Positions 16,350-26,144 of a stretch of DNA of 64,000 bases are shown piece after piece. The notes below the pieces were generated by a model that saw nothing but the letters and a program-made list of their open reading frames with translations, made no database searches and had not been told where the DNA came from. Source of the stretch: Candidatus Bathyarchaeum sp. (GTDB lineage Archaea; Thermoproteota; Bathyarchaeia; Bathyarchaeales; Bathyarchaeaceae); assembly GCA_026014565.1 (NCBI GenBank), contig JAOZIB010000018.1:64444-128443 (forward strand), written 5' to 3'. How positions within the stretch are numbered: position 1 is the stretch's first letter; each line of letters opens with the position of its first letter. A program made the translations under genes and the position numbers.

Positions 16350-18507
16350 TGCGCAATCGAGTTAAGGTAACTAGAAACTCTTCCAAACGTTCCCCTGCTG
16401 GTGGTTCACCCAAGATGTGCAAACCATCACTAATCTGTGTGTCCAGCAGTTCATTCAAGTAACCATGCAACAGCTCCAAAAAATCATCAAAATCAGCAAA
16501 CGCATCAGCTTCAGTGACGTTAAGGTCTATGTTTAGTTTGGCTGAAACTACAGTTTCCCAAATTAGTTTTTGCAAAACGGGCAGTTTTTCAGAATCAGCA
16601 ATTTTTGTGTCGTAATACTCTTTTAATTGAACTTCAAGCTGTGCCAATTCTTCATATGTATCAGCATTATGCATCACAGGAATTAGATGGTCAATAAGAC
16701 AACAGTAGCTTCGTCGTTTTGCTTGAGTGCCTTCGCTGGGATTATTGATGATGTATGGATAAATATTGGGCAAATCAGAAATCAATGCATCTGGAAAACA
16801 AGAATTAGATAGAGCCACAGACTTTCCGGGTAACCATTCCAAAGTTCCATGTTTACCAATATGCATTACAACATTAGCCTTGAAAACGTCGCGAATCCAG
16901 CGGTAATATGCATAATAATGATGAGGCATAGAAAGGTCGGGACTGTGATAAACTGCAGCAGGGTTTTCTAAGAAACCGCGAGGAGGTTGCAAACCGATGA
17001 AAACGTTGCCGTTAAGTATTCCTGGAACAAGCAACTTGTTGTTGTAATTGAAAAGTTTACCCGGTGGTGCGCCCCAGTCATGCATCAGTTTTTCTTTAGC
17101 ATCTTGGGATAATTCATCAAACCACTCAGTGTAATGTTCTGTAGAAACTTTTGCTAAAGCCCTCTGGGCAAGTTCTTCAGAACTTAACCATTTACGGTCA
17201 TTGGTCAACCCAGTAAGCACCGTATCCATTAACTCCTGACCGTTTTCAGGCAGGTAATCCAAGGAGTAACCCTGTTCTTTTAATCCCTTCAAAATGTTCA
17301 GGACCGAAACAGAACTGTCAAGTCCAAAGGCTTTGCCGATATTATCGTTTCGAGGAGGATAATTGTGGAAAATTATTGCAACTTTCTTTTCACTGTTTGA
17401 AATGTGCCGCAGTTTTGCCCAGTTTAAACTTAAACGAACTACTTTTGCAACTCTTTCAGGAATAGGTACATGCTTTGTTATTTTGGCTCCTGTCTCAGGG
17501 TTAATTGTTGACATGTCCGTTGTAGCAAGGGGCACCGTAATTATAAAACCGTCAAACTCAGGTAGAGCCACTTGTAAGGGCAAATCAACAACACGCAAAC
17601 CCAGTGGCGTATCGTGCCAGCCTTCAAAAGTATTAAACGTTAAAAGTGCTTTGATGACGGGAACACCCAACTTTTCTAATGCAACTAAATTTTCGGAACC
17701 GCCTGAAGATGAAGTAGACCAAGAATAAGAAAGAGTGCTTATAATCACATCAACCAGTGGTTTGCCGTCTTTCATGAAATAGTTTTCAAGTATCCAGTCA
17801 AATCCCTTTACGCCTAAAGACTCATTTTTTCTGCCGCTAAAAAACACTGGAATTACATTTGCCCCTTGGTTTTCAATTTCTGTAACTAAGCTGTCAACAA
17901 ATAATGTGTTTCCACCTTGCCAATAGCTTTGATGAAACCACACACCCACGGTTAGGCGATTGGGATGAACCTTTTTTTCGAGATACTCATCCAAATCTGG
18001 AACATAACCAAAGTCAGGGTGGTAAATGCCTTGCCACTTTGAAGGAACGGGAACATCAACATTGCATGAAGTCCCAACAAAACGATTTGCCAGATAAAAC
18101 AAAAGATTCTCAAAATTAGTTTGTCCGCCATAATTGATGTAAAAAAGAATGTTATGGTAATCTTCAGTGTTTACTGTAGAAAGCTTGAGATAGTCCTTGT
18201 TTTGCCTAAAAGAAGAAGCAACAACAGCAACTGGAACTCCTGCATCCTTCACGCAAGTTATGAGTTTGTTAAATTCTGGGGGTTCACTCATTAAATGCAA
18301 AATAACAATGTTTGATTTCGGGGCAAACTCAATAAATTCATCTATGTTGCTTGAAGTTTGACTTGTTTCATCTCCAAGACTCCGATTAGCAAAAACTCGA
18401 ACCGTTACGGGGATGGTACGTTCTTTGTTTACTTTATTGATGGCAGAAATTAAAGGTAAAGCATCGGTTTGAGTCGTTGTAACAAAAGCCACTTTGAGTT
18501 TTTTCAC
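16288..18507 (-). CDS. cobN: CobN-like chelatase large subunit, N-terminal part (before frameshift)
   Basis: 739 aa. Typical CobN regions are present (VAIIFHNYPPRNDNIGKA, HIGKHGTLEWLPGK). It ends ...PSLRQAVGRTEGLRLR* where the +1 frame continues AELKGYDYDELL. Confidence 0.75.
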   Translation of the reverse strand: MKKLKVAFVTTTQTDALPLISAINKVNKERTIPVTVRVFANRSLGDETSQTSSNIDEFIEFAPKSNIVILHLMSEPPEFNKLITCVKDAGVPVAVVASSFRQNKDYLKLSTVNTEDYHNILFYINYGGQTNFENLLFYLANRFVGTSCNVDVPVPSKWQGIYHPDFGYVPDLDEYLEKKVHPNRLTVGVWFHQSYWQGGNTLFVDSLVTEIENQGANVIPVFFSGRKNESLGVKGFDWILENYFMKDGKPLVDVIISTLSYSWSTSSSGGSENLVALEKLGVPVIKALLTFNTFEGWHDTPLGLRVVDLPLQVALPEFDGFIITVPLATTDMSTINPETGAKITKHVPIPERVAKVVRLSLNWAKLRHISNSEKKVAIIFHNYPPRNDNIGKAFGLDSSVSVLNILKGLKEQGYSLDYLPENGQELMDTVLTGLTNDRKWLSSEELAQRALAKVSTEHYTEWFDELSQDAKEKLMHDWGAPPGKLFNYNNKLLVPGILNGNVFIGLQPPRGFLENPAAVYHSPDLSMPHHYYAYYRWIRDVFKANVVMHIGKHGTLEWLPGKSVALSNSCFPDALISDLPNIYPYIINNPSEGTQAKRRSYCCLIDHLIPVMHNADTYEELAQLEVQLKEYYDTKIADSEKLPVLQKLIWETVVSAKLNIDLNVTEADAFADFDDFLELLHGYLNELLDTQISDGLHILGEPPAGERLEEFLVTLTRLRNGAVPSLRQAVGRTEGLRLR

Positions 18508-18575
18508 ACAAATAATCTCCTATCAAACTTGTTTGCATTCAGCTAAGCCAATTTTTGGTTGGCTAGAAGCTTATT

Positions 18576-18596
18576 TTGGATGGATAATCCAACCAA
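18576..18596 (-). promoter_or_regulatory. Operator-like inverted repeat immediately downstream of a TATA box, upstream of cobN
   Basis: Gene orientation reads TTTAAATAT-TTGGTTGGATTATCCATCCAA. Lies about 70 nt upstream of the cobN start. Confidence 0.6.
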
Positions 18597-18701
18597 ATAT
18601 TTAAAAGTTGCCACCTATTAGCTCGATTAACTATGTTGCACGTTCGTGTGAAAAACTAGACTCAAAATTGTTGCCGTAAAGGCTTTAAAAAAATGTTGAA
18701 A

Positions 18702-18917
18702 TTAAGCAGACTGCCTAATTTTGACAAGCCGTGCGCCGTTGACGGTCTTTGTCTGCCAGGCGTATCTGCGTATTTTTGTGGTTTTTCCGTATCCACATGC
18801 AGCGCATACTTTGGTTTTTACTCCGTATGCGCGTCTGCCGCATCGTCTGCACTTTATGTGCACTACTTTGTGGGAGCGTCGTCCCATGGATGAGGTTCCT
18901 TTACCTGTTTTTCCCAT
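18702..18917 (-). CDS. rpl37e: Ribosomal protein L37e (eL37)
   Basis: [43 protein letters not shown] contains the zinc ribbon CxxC...CxxC typical of eL37. Confidence 0.9.
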   Translation of the reverse strand: MGKTGKGTSSMGRRSHKVVHIKCRRCGRRAYGVKTKVCAACGYGKTTKIRRYAWQTKTVNGARLVKIRQSA

Positions 18918-18923
18918 TTGTTA

Positions 18924-19151
18924 TCACCTTGGGGGAGGAGAGATTATTACCACGTTATCGCCACGGACGATAATGGTACCAAGTTTTTTCACATTTTCTA
19001 CATCTGTTGTGTCGTCTGTTTCAGCTAACACCAAGTTGAGGTGCTGATCAAAGCCTTTGAGTCTGCCGCGCAGTTTTTTTCCGCCTCGGAGGCGTACTAG
19101 AACTATTTTACTGAGGCTTTCTTCTAGGATTTTTGTGGCCATTTCGCTCAT
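18924..19151 (-). CDS. Sm-like (LSm/SmAP) RNA-binding protein
   Basis: 75 aa. Sm1/Sm2 motifs are present (LRGRLKGFDQHLNLVL...IIVRGDNVVIISP). The Sm-L37e gene pair is conserved in archaea. Confidence 0.9.
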   Translation of the reverse strand: MSEMATKILEESLSKIVLVRLRGGKKLRGRLKGFDQHLNLVLAETDDTTDVENVKKLGTIIVRGDNVVIISPPPR

Positions 19152-19365
19152 TCTAATCCTCTCGTAAACTTAAGTTTTGTATCGTTTATAGGTTTTGACT
19201 TTCTGATTTAAAGGTATCTACTTTGGTAAGCGGCTTTCGGGGTTTGTTTCATCAATATCAAAAATCACAATCAGAATATGTTCTAAAAAATAAATAAATA
19301 TTACAACACCCGTTGCACAGAAAACAAAAACATAAAAAAAAATAACAAAAAGAAAGGAAGATAGG

Positions 19366-19965
19366 TTAGTCTATCTTTATGGGTTGGCTTTTGGTCGTTT
19401 CTGGCTTCTTTTTGGGAATAGTTATGTCCAGCACGCCGTTTTTGTAGTTTGATTTGGCTTTTTTCGTGTCGACTTTGGAAGTCAGTTCAACTTCTTTGTA
19501 GTACTTGTTTTTGGCGGTGTCTACTGAAATGGTTAGTTTGTCATCTGTGCCAGAAAGTTTGATGTCGTCTTTTTCGACACCAGGCAGTTCAACTATTACT
19601 CGAACGGTTTTGTCCGCATCTATGACATCAGCTAAGGGTTCCCGTTTTTCTTTGAGGTCCATGTGGGGTTTTCCTAGTTGGGTTCCGGCTTTGAAGTTTC
19701 CGAACTCTTTTACGTTGGGTTTTCCGTCGGGACCAATAGTTACACTGTAGCCGTAGACAAAAGGTCCATAGCTTTGTACTTTGGTGCCGTCAGGTAAGGT
19801 TTGTTCTCGTTGTAGCTCTGTTGGGGCGCGTTTAGATAGTTCTTCAAATTCTTTTTCGATTGCTTCTTGCATTTGTTTGAAGGTTTCATTTATTCCAAAA
19901 AAGTCCTCATCAAACAAGGAGTTTTTTCGGTTAAACCAGTTTGACCATCGGTTTTCATCTGTCAA
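19366..19965 (-). CDS. hsp20: Small heat-shock protein, Hsp20/alpha-crystallin family
   Basis: The C-terminal half has an alpha-crystallin domain (VRVIVELPGVEKDDIKL...YYKEVELTSKVDTKKAKSNYKNGVLDITIPKK). Confidence 0.85.
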   Translation of the reverse strand: MTDENRWSNWFNRKNSLFDEDFFGINETFKQMQEAIEKEFEELSKRAPTELQREQTLPDGTKVQSYGPFVYGYSVTIGPDGKPNVKEFGNFKAGTQLGKPHMDLKEKREPLADVIDADKTVRVIVELPGVEKDDIKLSGTDDKLTISVDTAKNKYYKEVELTSKVDTKKAKSNYKNGVLDITIPKKKPETTKSQPIKID

Positions 19966-19979
19966 GTGTCTTTCACCTC

Positions 19980-20438
19980 CTAAACATTTTCATCCTCTAA
20001 GGATTCTAACAGGCGACGTAAGGCGAGGCTTAAAGTCAAAAACGTAGTTTGCCCAGACTCAGAACAACTATAAGTTCCCCGACCAGTTTTGGTTATAAAT
20101 CCACCATCACTGAGTTTTCGGGAGTTTTCCCACACAGTTTTTGGATTCAAATCCAGGTCTTTCATGAATTCTGCAAAGTTCATGGTGCTGTCGTCTTCTT
20201 GGACTAGGCGGCGCATCATACGCAGGCGAGTTTGATTGGATAAGGCATCAAACATGCTAGAGAATTTTTCAAAGTCGTCTTCGAAGGCTTCGAACTCTGT
20301 TTCAAGTTGCTCTTTTGACCAGTCCATGGGAGAAAGGGGAACATCCAGAATTACTTTTCCGTCGCGTACTAGCTGCAGTTTAAGTGTCATACTACCTCGT
20401 CCTATATTACCTGTAAGTAACAAGCTACTGCATTTCAT
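19980..20438 (-). CDS. Winged-helix (ArsR-like) transcriptional regulator, co-oriented with hsp20
   Basis: LSNQTRLRMMRRLVQEDDSTMNFAEFMKDLDLNPKTVWENSRKLSDGGFITKTGRGTYS is wHTH-like. The stop is 14 nt before the hsp20 start. The true start may be the internal MTLKLQL. Confidence 0.6.
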   Translation of the reverse strand: MKCSSLLLTGNIGRGSMTLKLQLVRDGKVILDVPLSPMDWSKEQLETEFEAFEDDFEKFSSMFDALSNQTRLRMMRRLVQEDDSTMNFAEFMKDLDLNPKTVWENSRKLSDGGFITKTGRGTYSCSESGQTTFLTLSLALRRLLESLEDENV

Positions 20439-20720
20439 ATAAACATTACTATTTAGTAATAAAAAACGGATACAGTTTCATCACCCAATCCCCCATCACA
20501 AGCCGCAGAGGGACAGTTTCTCCCAGTTTAAAACACAAGTCAGCGGCTATCTCATAATTTTCAACAATTTTTCCAAGTTGACCAGCGCTTACAAGATTTC
20601 ACAAAGTCAGAACAGCAGACCAATAATTTTGACAGCAAAAACAAAGCAACTCCAACAGAGAAGGGTTCAAAAGTGTTAGTTCTAATGTCAGATAAAACCA
20701 AAATCCAGCCAAAAAGAAGG

Positions 20721-21185
20721 CTAGAACTGTTTTGGAATGTCCTGGCGCTCCATTATGTATCCGCAGTAATGGCATCGAAGGCGCAAGGGTTCTTCAGCAT
20801 CCACATAAAAGGTAGATTTTACGGGTTCTTTACTGTTGGAAATGCACGCTGGATTTGCGCACTTGACGGCTTCCCGTATTACGCTGGGTAGTTTTACTAG
20901 TTGCTTATCCACAACCGTGTAGTTTCGGATAATGTTAATGCTCGCATGGGGCGCCAACAAGGCAATTTTGTCTACTTCGTGGGTTTTGAGTTCTCTTCCT
21001 TCGATTTTGACCATGTCTTTCAAACCAAAAGTTTTGCTGGGAACATTAATGCCCACAGTTACAACACATTTTACAGGATCTGTGATTCCCAAAATTTTCA
21101 GAACCTCTAAGGCATGCCCAGCACTAATGTGGTCGATTACGGTGCCGTCTTTGATTTTGGATACACGCAAAGTCGTTTCAGACAA
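20721..21185 (-). CDS. pyrI: Aspartate carbamoyltransferase regulatory subunit
   Basis: 154 aa. IKDGTVIDHISAGHALEVLKILGI plus a C-terminal Zn domain C.NP.CI...RCHYCG. Confidence 0.9.
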   Translation of the reverse strand: MSETTLRVSKIKDGTVIDHISAGHALEVLKILGITDPVKCVVTVGINVPSKTFGLKDMVKIEGRELKTHEVDKIALLAPHASINIIRNYTVVDKQLVKLPSVIREAVKCANPACISNSKEPVKSTFYVDAEEPLRLRCHYCGYIMERQDIPKQF

Positions 21186-21252
21186 ACTAACCGCCCCAAG
21201 ATACAGTATACCACATGAAGTTAAGAATTTATTTATAGATACTGCTGAAGGG

Positions 21253-21468
21253 CTACATGCGTTTAAGTTTTAGTTTTGAAAACACAGATAATGCTAACAT
21301 TTTGAAATGATACTTGACACCAAAAACAGGAGCCGTTACAACTATCCGAGTGAATGTTGTGTCTTTTTTTCGAACCACTATAACAGACTTAGAAACAGAG
21401 GCTTTTGCAGGAACATCATACAAAGTAAAGTTGTCTTTTAAAAGTTCGACATCTTCAAAGCTCATCAA
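21253..21468 (-). CDS. Hypothetical small protein
   Basis: Only ORF in the gap upstream of pyrI, on the same strand. No motifs recognised. Confidence 0.2.
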   Translation of the reverse strand: MMSFEDVELLKDNFTLYDVPAKASVSKSVIVVRKKDTTFTRIVVTAPVFGVKYHFKMLALSVFSKLKLKRM

Positions 21469-21754
21469 ATTCCCCTCATCAATTTATTGAAGCTTGATTT
21501 GGACATCGTCATCACTTTAGGAGTGAGTGAAATACCAAGGTTCAGTAGGTTTTGGGTCAAATTTTTTTGGTTTGTGATTTTTTAGTTTTTGCACTTTGAC
21601 CACAACTTACAAAATGCCAAAACAGAATATCCACATTGTCCAAATACTATATAGAATACTAAATAATCTAAGTAGAAACGCATATTCTTTTGCGAGAACC
21701 TTTACATGCAAAAAATCCAATTATCAGGTACAAAAACAAGTTTTGGGGATTAAA

Positions 21755-22162
21755 ATGAAGGAAAAAGTCCTGTTTTTGTGTACCCATAATTCTGCACGCT
21801 CCCAAATGGCAGAAGGAATCCTTAATGCATTTCATGGCAACAATTACGAAGCAAAAAGTGCAGGAGTAATTCCAACAAAAGTCAACCCATACGTTGTTAA
21901 ATCCATGGCTGAGATTGGAATAGATATTTCCAAAAACCAATCAAAAAGTATCGAAGAATTCCGTGGACAAACCTTTGATTATGTTGTAACTGTATGTGAC
22001 AGCGCTAAAGAGACGTGCCCATTCTTTCCGGGGAAAAAAGTTATTCACAAATCCTTTGAAGACCCTTCCCAATTTAAGGGTTCAGATGACCAAATTTTAG
22101 AAAATGTCAGAAAAGTAAGAAATGAAATCAAAGAATGGATAAAGGAAACGTTCACAAACTAA
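21755..22162 (+). CDS. arsC: Arsenate reductase (thioredoxin-coupled, LMW-PTP fold)
   Basis: KVLFLCTHNSARSQMAEG is the P-loop CX5R(S). VVTVCDSAKETCPFFPG supplies the second Cys pair. ATG at 21755 (MKEKVLF) is preferred over the track start at 21596. Confidence 0.8.
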   Translation: MKEKVLFLCTHNSARSQMAEGILNAFHGNNYEAKSAGVIPTKVNPYVVKSMAEIGIDISKNQSKSIEEFRGQTFDYVVTVCDSAKETCPFFPGKKVIHKSFEDPSQFKGSDDQILENVRKVRNEIKEWIKETFTN

Positions 22163-22239
22163 CATAAATCGTAGATGGTAAATCTGTTTTTTGTTAAAAT
22201 TAAAACAATAAAAAGGGGATTGGGTTCCCTACGTTCAGT

Positions 22240-22809
22240 TTAATTTGAACTTGCTAGGGTAACTATGTAATCTGCTGTGTCTGCGCACATGTCGGCTGCT
22301 TCTTCAAGGAATTCTATCATGTCGTCAAAGATTATCATTGCACCACTGTTTACATGGTCAGCATATTTTATGAACAACGATTTGGTTTCAAGGTATTCTC
22401 GATCGATTCCGGCTTCAATATCTTCAACTTTGTTGGCGCCTTTAACTGCTTCAGCAGGATTAGGAGAAATGTTTTCAATGCTAGAACGAAGAGCCTTTGC
22501 ACATTCCACAATAGTTGCAGTCATAAACAGAACCTTGTCCCACAATTCTTTAGGAATCTGGTAATCTCCAAGCATCACGATACAACGTGCAGCGTCTTTA
22601 ACATGATCTGCAAAGGTATCAAGACGTTTTACGAGGTGAAGTATGTCTTCGCGGTAGTCTGCAAACATGGCAGCTCCTTTGGATAATTCCTTGAAAACTT
22701 CGGTTCGCAGGATATCGATTTCTTCTTCCACTTTAAACAGTTTATCAATGGGCTTGCGTGCTTCAGCTGCATTCGCTTTAGAAATTTGCTCCATGGCATC
22801 ATGCAACAA
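22240..22809 (-). CDS. DUF47 / PhoU-like phosphate-transport-associated protein (TIGR00153-like)
   Basis: Helical PhoU-like protein that is last in the pst operon. The open frame with plausible N-terminal sequence (AKKSYAWFERSRRSKLLDLAQEQ) extends to 22908 without an ATG/GTG/TTG. Confidence 0.65.
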   Translation of the reverse strand: MLHDAMEQISKANAAEARKPIDKLFKVEEEIDILRTEVFKELSKGAAMFADYREDILHLVKRLDTFADHVKDAARCIVMLGDYQIPKELWDKVLFMTATIVECAKALRSSIENISPNPAEAVKGANKVEDIEAGIDREYLETKSLFIKYADHVNSGAMIIFDDMIEFLEEAADMCADTADYIVTLASSN

Positions 22810-22935
22810 ATTAGCAGTATCCAGAGCTTTAGTAATCTGTTCTTGAGCTAAATCTAACAGTTTTGATCGGCGGCTTCTTTCAAACCAAGCATAACTTTTC
22901 TTTGCCAGTTTTTTTCCCTCCTTTTCAGTTTATTT

Positions 22936-23601
22936 TTATCTTAATCTAGTTTTTTCTCCAGTTGCAAGATACACAATCGACTCACCAATGTATGTTGCAT
23001 GGTCTGCTATTCTTTCCAGATACCTGACAACAAGCAAACTTGAAATTGTGCATCCTGTTGTGGTTTTTGATTCAATTAGTTTGTCCAAATAATCATAATA
23101 GAACTTATCAACACACTTTTCCCGTTTAGTCAAAGTTTTTGCTAGTTCAGCATCGTGGTTTCGTAGGGCTTCAATGCTGGTTCCGACCATTTCCAGAGTT
23201 TCTATCGCCATTTTTTCAATGGTTTTGTGTAAGGATGGCTCACATTGTCCTGCTTCACGAATACGTTCGTAGATTTGGGAGATATCAAGGGCGTATCGTC
23301 CATAACGTTTGAAGTCGTAGCAGATTTTCATATATGATTTTACAATACGAAGATCAGAAGCAACGGGTTGGAACCGGGATATGATCTCAAATGCCATGTC
23401 TTCAATGGGTTCTGCCATACCAGACAAAGTATCAGAGTGCTGTTTCACCTGTTCAGGGGCGTGGGTGCCGTCAATGTAATTCATTACAGCTAATGAAACA
23501 GTAGACTGGGCAAGCTCTCCCATGTGGAAAAGCATACCTGCTAACTGTTCTAATCCTGCGTCAATTAGTCTTTTCATTTCATTTTCACCTAACCTAACCA
23601 A
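22936..23601 (-). CDS. phoU: Phosphate transport system regulator PhoU
   Basis: 221 aa with two PhoU repeats. The C-terminal [26 protein letters not shown] is present. Overlaps pstB by 8 nt. Confidence 0.9.
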   Translation of the reverse strand: MVRLGENEMKRLIDAGLEQLAGMLFHMGELAQSTVSLAVMNYIDGTHAPEQVKQHSDTLSGMAEPIEDMAFEIISRFQPVASDLRIVKSYMKICYDFKRYGRYALDISQIYERIREAGQCEPSLHKTIEKMAIETLEMVGTSIEALRNHDAELAKTLTKREKCVDKFYYDYLDKLIESKTTTGCTISSLLVVRYLERIADHATYIGESIVYLATGEKTRLR

Positions 23602-24355
23602 ATTCTCCAGTAATATATTGTTCAGTCAACTCGTGTTGTGGGTTCTCAAAGATGCCTTTGGTTGCACCTTCCTCTACGATCTTCCCCAGATACAAGAACA
23701 CCGTATAGTCAGAAACCCGTGAAGCCTGCTGCATGTTGTGAGTGACTATCACAACAGTATAATCGTTGGATAGAACTCTTATGAGTTGCTCAATTTTTGC
23801 AGTGGCTGCAGGGTCTAAGGCGCTACAAGGTTCATCCATGAGTATGATTTCTGGGTCTACTGCCAAGGCACGGGCAATACACAAACGCTGCTGCTGCCCA
23901 CCAGAAAGATCAAAGGCACTGTCATTTAGTCGGTCGTGAACTTCATCCCACAATGCTGCGGCGCGCAAACTTTTTTCCACAATTTTATCAAGCTCTTTAC
24001 CACTTGCCATTTTGTGAATTTTTGGACCAAATGCAACATTTTCGTAAATTGATTTGGGCAGAGGGTTTGGTCGTTGGAAGACCATTCCAACTTGGCGTCG
24101 TAGATCGTAGACATTGGTATTATCTTCGTAAACGTTTTTTCCGTTAATGAACACGTCACCAGTTATTTTACAAACTTTGATAACGTCGTTCATGCGGTTG
24201 ACAGCCCGCAGCAATGTTGATTTGCCACAGCCTGAAGGACCCATAATGGCAGTTACTGAATTGGATTTGATTTTTAGGTCTACGCCGCGGATGACGTGTT
24301 TTTCTCCGAACCAAATATTCAGTTGTTTGATGTCGATTTTGTCTATGTGACTCAA
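23594..24355 (-). CDS. pstB: Phosphate ABC transporter ATP-binding protein
   Basis: Walker [10 protein letters not shown], signature LSGGQQQRL and Walker B ILMDEP, plus a PstB-type C-terminus. Confidence 0.95.
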   Translation of the reverse strand: MSHIDKIDIKQLNIWFGEKHVIRGVDLKIKSNSVTAIMGPSGCGKSTLLRAVNRMNDVIKVCKITGDVFINGKNVYEDNTNVYDLRRQVGMVFQRPNPLPKSIYENVAFGPKIHKMASGKELDKIVEKSLRAAALWDEVHDRLNDSAFDLSGGQQQRLCIARALAVDPEIILMDEPCSALDPAATAKIEQLIRVLSNDYTVVIVTHNMQQASRVSDYTVFLYLGKIVEEGATKGIFENPQHELTEQYITGEFG

Positions 24356-24377
24356 ATAGCAATCTCCTGTTTTTTGT

Positions 24378-25220
24378 TTAATCTAGCCATGGTTGTTTCC
24401 TCCTGTAGTATACTCGTAGAATTATTGCTACAAGTGAGAAAGAAAGAACAATAAAGAACAGAATCAAAGCGATTCCAAAAACATTTTCGGGGGACTCTCC
24501 TCGCGCTACAATTTTCACATACATATTAAACGAGAGGGTCATCACAGGGTCAAAAGGAGAACTTGGCAAGCCCCTTGTTATTAAAACTGAAGAAGTAAAC
24601 AGTATTGCTGCGGTTTCTCCTGCGACACGGGCAATGCCCAAAATTAAACTTGTTACGATTCCAGGAGCGGCTGCAATCAAAGTTGTCAGACTAATGGATT
24701 TCCATTTTGTTGCCCCTAAGGCTAACGCGGCTTGTTTAAACGAGGTGGGAACTATTCGGATGGCTTCTTCTGAGCCACGTATTACGATTGGAAGGATCAT
24801 CAAAGACAGAGTTAACCATCCAGACAACAATGAAATTCCAAATCCAAGCTGGCGGCTAAAGAAAGTATAACCAAACAAGCCTATGATTATGGAAGGAACT
24901 CCTGCGAGGTTGTTGATTGCTTGGTCGATAATTCGGGTGATTTTTCCGCTGGGGGCATATTCTACTAGATATATTGCTGCAAAAACTCCGATGGGACCAG
25001 CGATTGCAGATGCACCTGCGAAAAGGTATACGGTCCCAACAATCATTTCCATGACTCCACCTTTGAGGACACTGGTAGTAAGCAGGTCCAGATTAAGAGA
25101 GCCCACTCCACTCAACAAAGTTGCGGCTATCCAAAAGAAGGCCAATAAGCAGATTACCACGGGAACGCCAAGGGCAACGAAAAATATTCGTTCTTTTGTT
25201 GGGCTACCCATGTTGGACAC
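24378..25220 (-). CDS. pstA: Phosphate ABC transporter permease PstA
   Basis: 280-aa multi-TM protein with the EAA-type loop ([23 protein letters not shown]). Position in the operon fits. Confidence 0.9.
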   Translation of the reverse strand: MSNMGSPTKERIFFVALGVPVVICLLAFFWIAATLLSGVGSLNLDLLTTSVLKGGVMEMIVGTVYLFAGASAIAGPIGVFAAIYLVEYAPSGKITRIIDQAINNLAGVPSIIIGLFGYTFFSRQLGFGISLLSGWLTLSLMILPIVIRGSEEAIRIVPTSFKQAALALGATKWKSISLTTLIAAAPGIVTSLILGIARVAGETAAILFTSSVLITRGLPSSPFDPVMTLSFNMYVKIVARGESPENVFGIALILFFIVLSFSLVAIILRVYYRRKQPWLD

Positions 25221-26109
25221 CTCGTTTTACTACACTGTCGGCTAAAGTGTTCACGATAAAAGTTATGATAAGCAAAATGAGCCCTAAACCAAAAAGGGCG
25301 CTGTATTCTAGGCTACCCACTGCTGCTTCTCCCATGTGGGTTGCAATAAAAGCAGGAATGGTGTAAACTGAATCTAAGTAACTTGTTGCGAGGTGAGCCT
25401 GGTTACCCGCAACCATAGATACTGCAATGGTTTCTCCGATTGCGCGTCCAAAGCCTAACATTATACTTGCTAAGATTCCAGACTTTGATATCGGCAAGAC
25501 AATAGTTTTGATGGCTTCCCATTTGGTAGCGCCCAGACCAAGGGCGGCTTCTTTGTAACTTTTGGGCACTGCTGAGATTATCTCTCCAGAAACACTGACT
25601 ATTGTAGGGATAGTCATCAAAGACAAAATGATAGAGGCAGTAAGAGCTGTTTGCCCGGAGGGTATATCAAAAAATGATGAAATGAAGGGAACTATAATCA
25701 ATAATCCAATGAATCCATAGATTACTGAAGGGATAGATGCTAAAAGTTCGATGATTGATTTTATGGGGTCACGCAAATAAAAGGGTAAAACTTCTGAAAC
25801 AAATATGGCGGTGCTGACCCCGATGGGAATTGCAATGAGCAAAGCACCAAAAGTAACCATAAGGGAACCATACAGAAGGGGAAGCCCACCAAAAACGTTG
25901 GCCTCTAGGTTCCATTGTTGCCCAAAGAGCAAATCAGGTCCAAATTTTGAAAAGGCTAAGGCGCCTTCGCGGGCGACAAAAAAGAGCATTAAAAACAAAA
26001 TAACAATAGAAAAGGATGCACAAACAAAAAGAACAATCGTCATGGGTTGTGATTTAAGATTGGCAAAAAAGAAAGAAAGTTTTTTGAGCGTTTTGTTGCT
26101 CATTTTCAT
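25204..26109 (-). CDS. pstC: Phosphate ABC transporter permease PstC
   Basis: 301-aa multi-TM protein with the loop AVPKSYKEAALGLGATKWE. Overlaps pstA by 17 nt. Confidence 0.9.
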   Translation of the reverse strand: MKMSNKTLKKLSFFFANLKSQPMTIVLFVCASFSIVILFLMLFFVAREGALAFSKFGPDLLFGQQWNLEANVFGGLPLLYGSLMVTFGALLIAIPIGVSTAIFVSEVLPFYLRDPIKSIIELLASIPSVIYGFIGLLIIVPFISSFFDIPSGQTALTASIILSLMTIPTIVSVSGEIISAVPKSYKEAALGLGATKWEAIKTIVLPISKSGILASIMLGFGRAIGETIAVSMVAGNQAHLATSYLDSVYTIPAFIATHMGEAAVGSLEYSALFGLGLILLIITFIVNTLADSVVKRGVQHG

Positions 26110-26144
26110 TTGAACATCCTTTGTTGTAAGGGGCGTTCAGACTT

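Noticed and set aside
18541-18570. Imperfect hairpin (ctaagccaa-ttttt-ggttggctag) in the cobN 5' leader; considered as a cobalamin riboswitch.
   Set aside because: It is far too short and lacks any B12-box-like sequence. It is probably simple leader structure.
18693-19047. Plus-strand ORFs overlapping the L37e and Sm genes.
   Set aside because: The minus-strand products have unmistakable eL37 and Sm signatures, and the plus-strand ORFs are Cys/Phe-rich nonsense.
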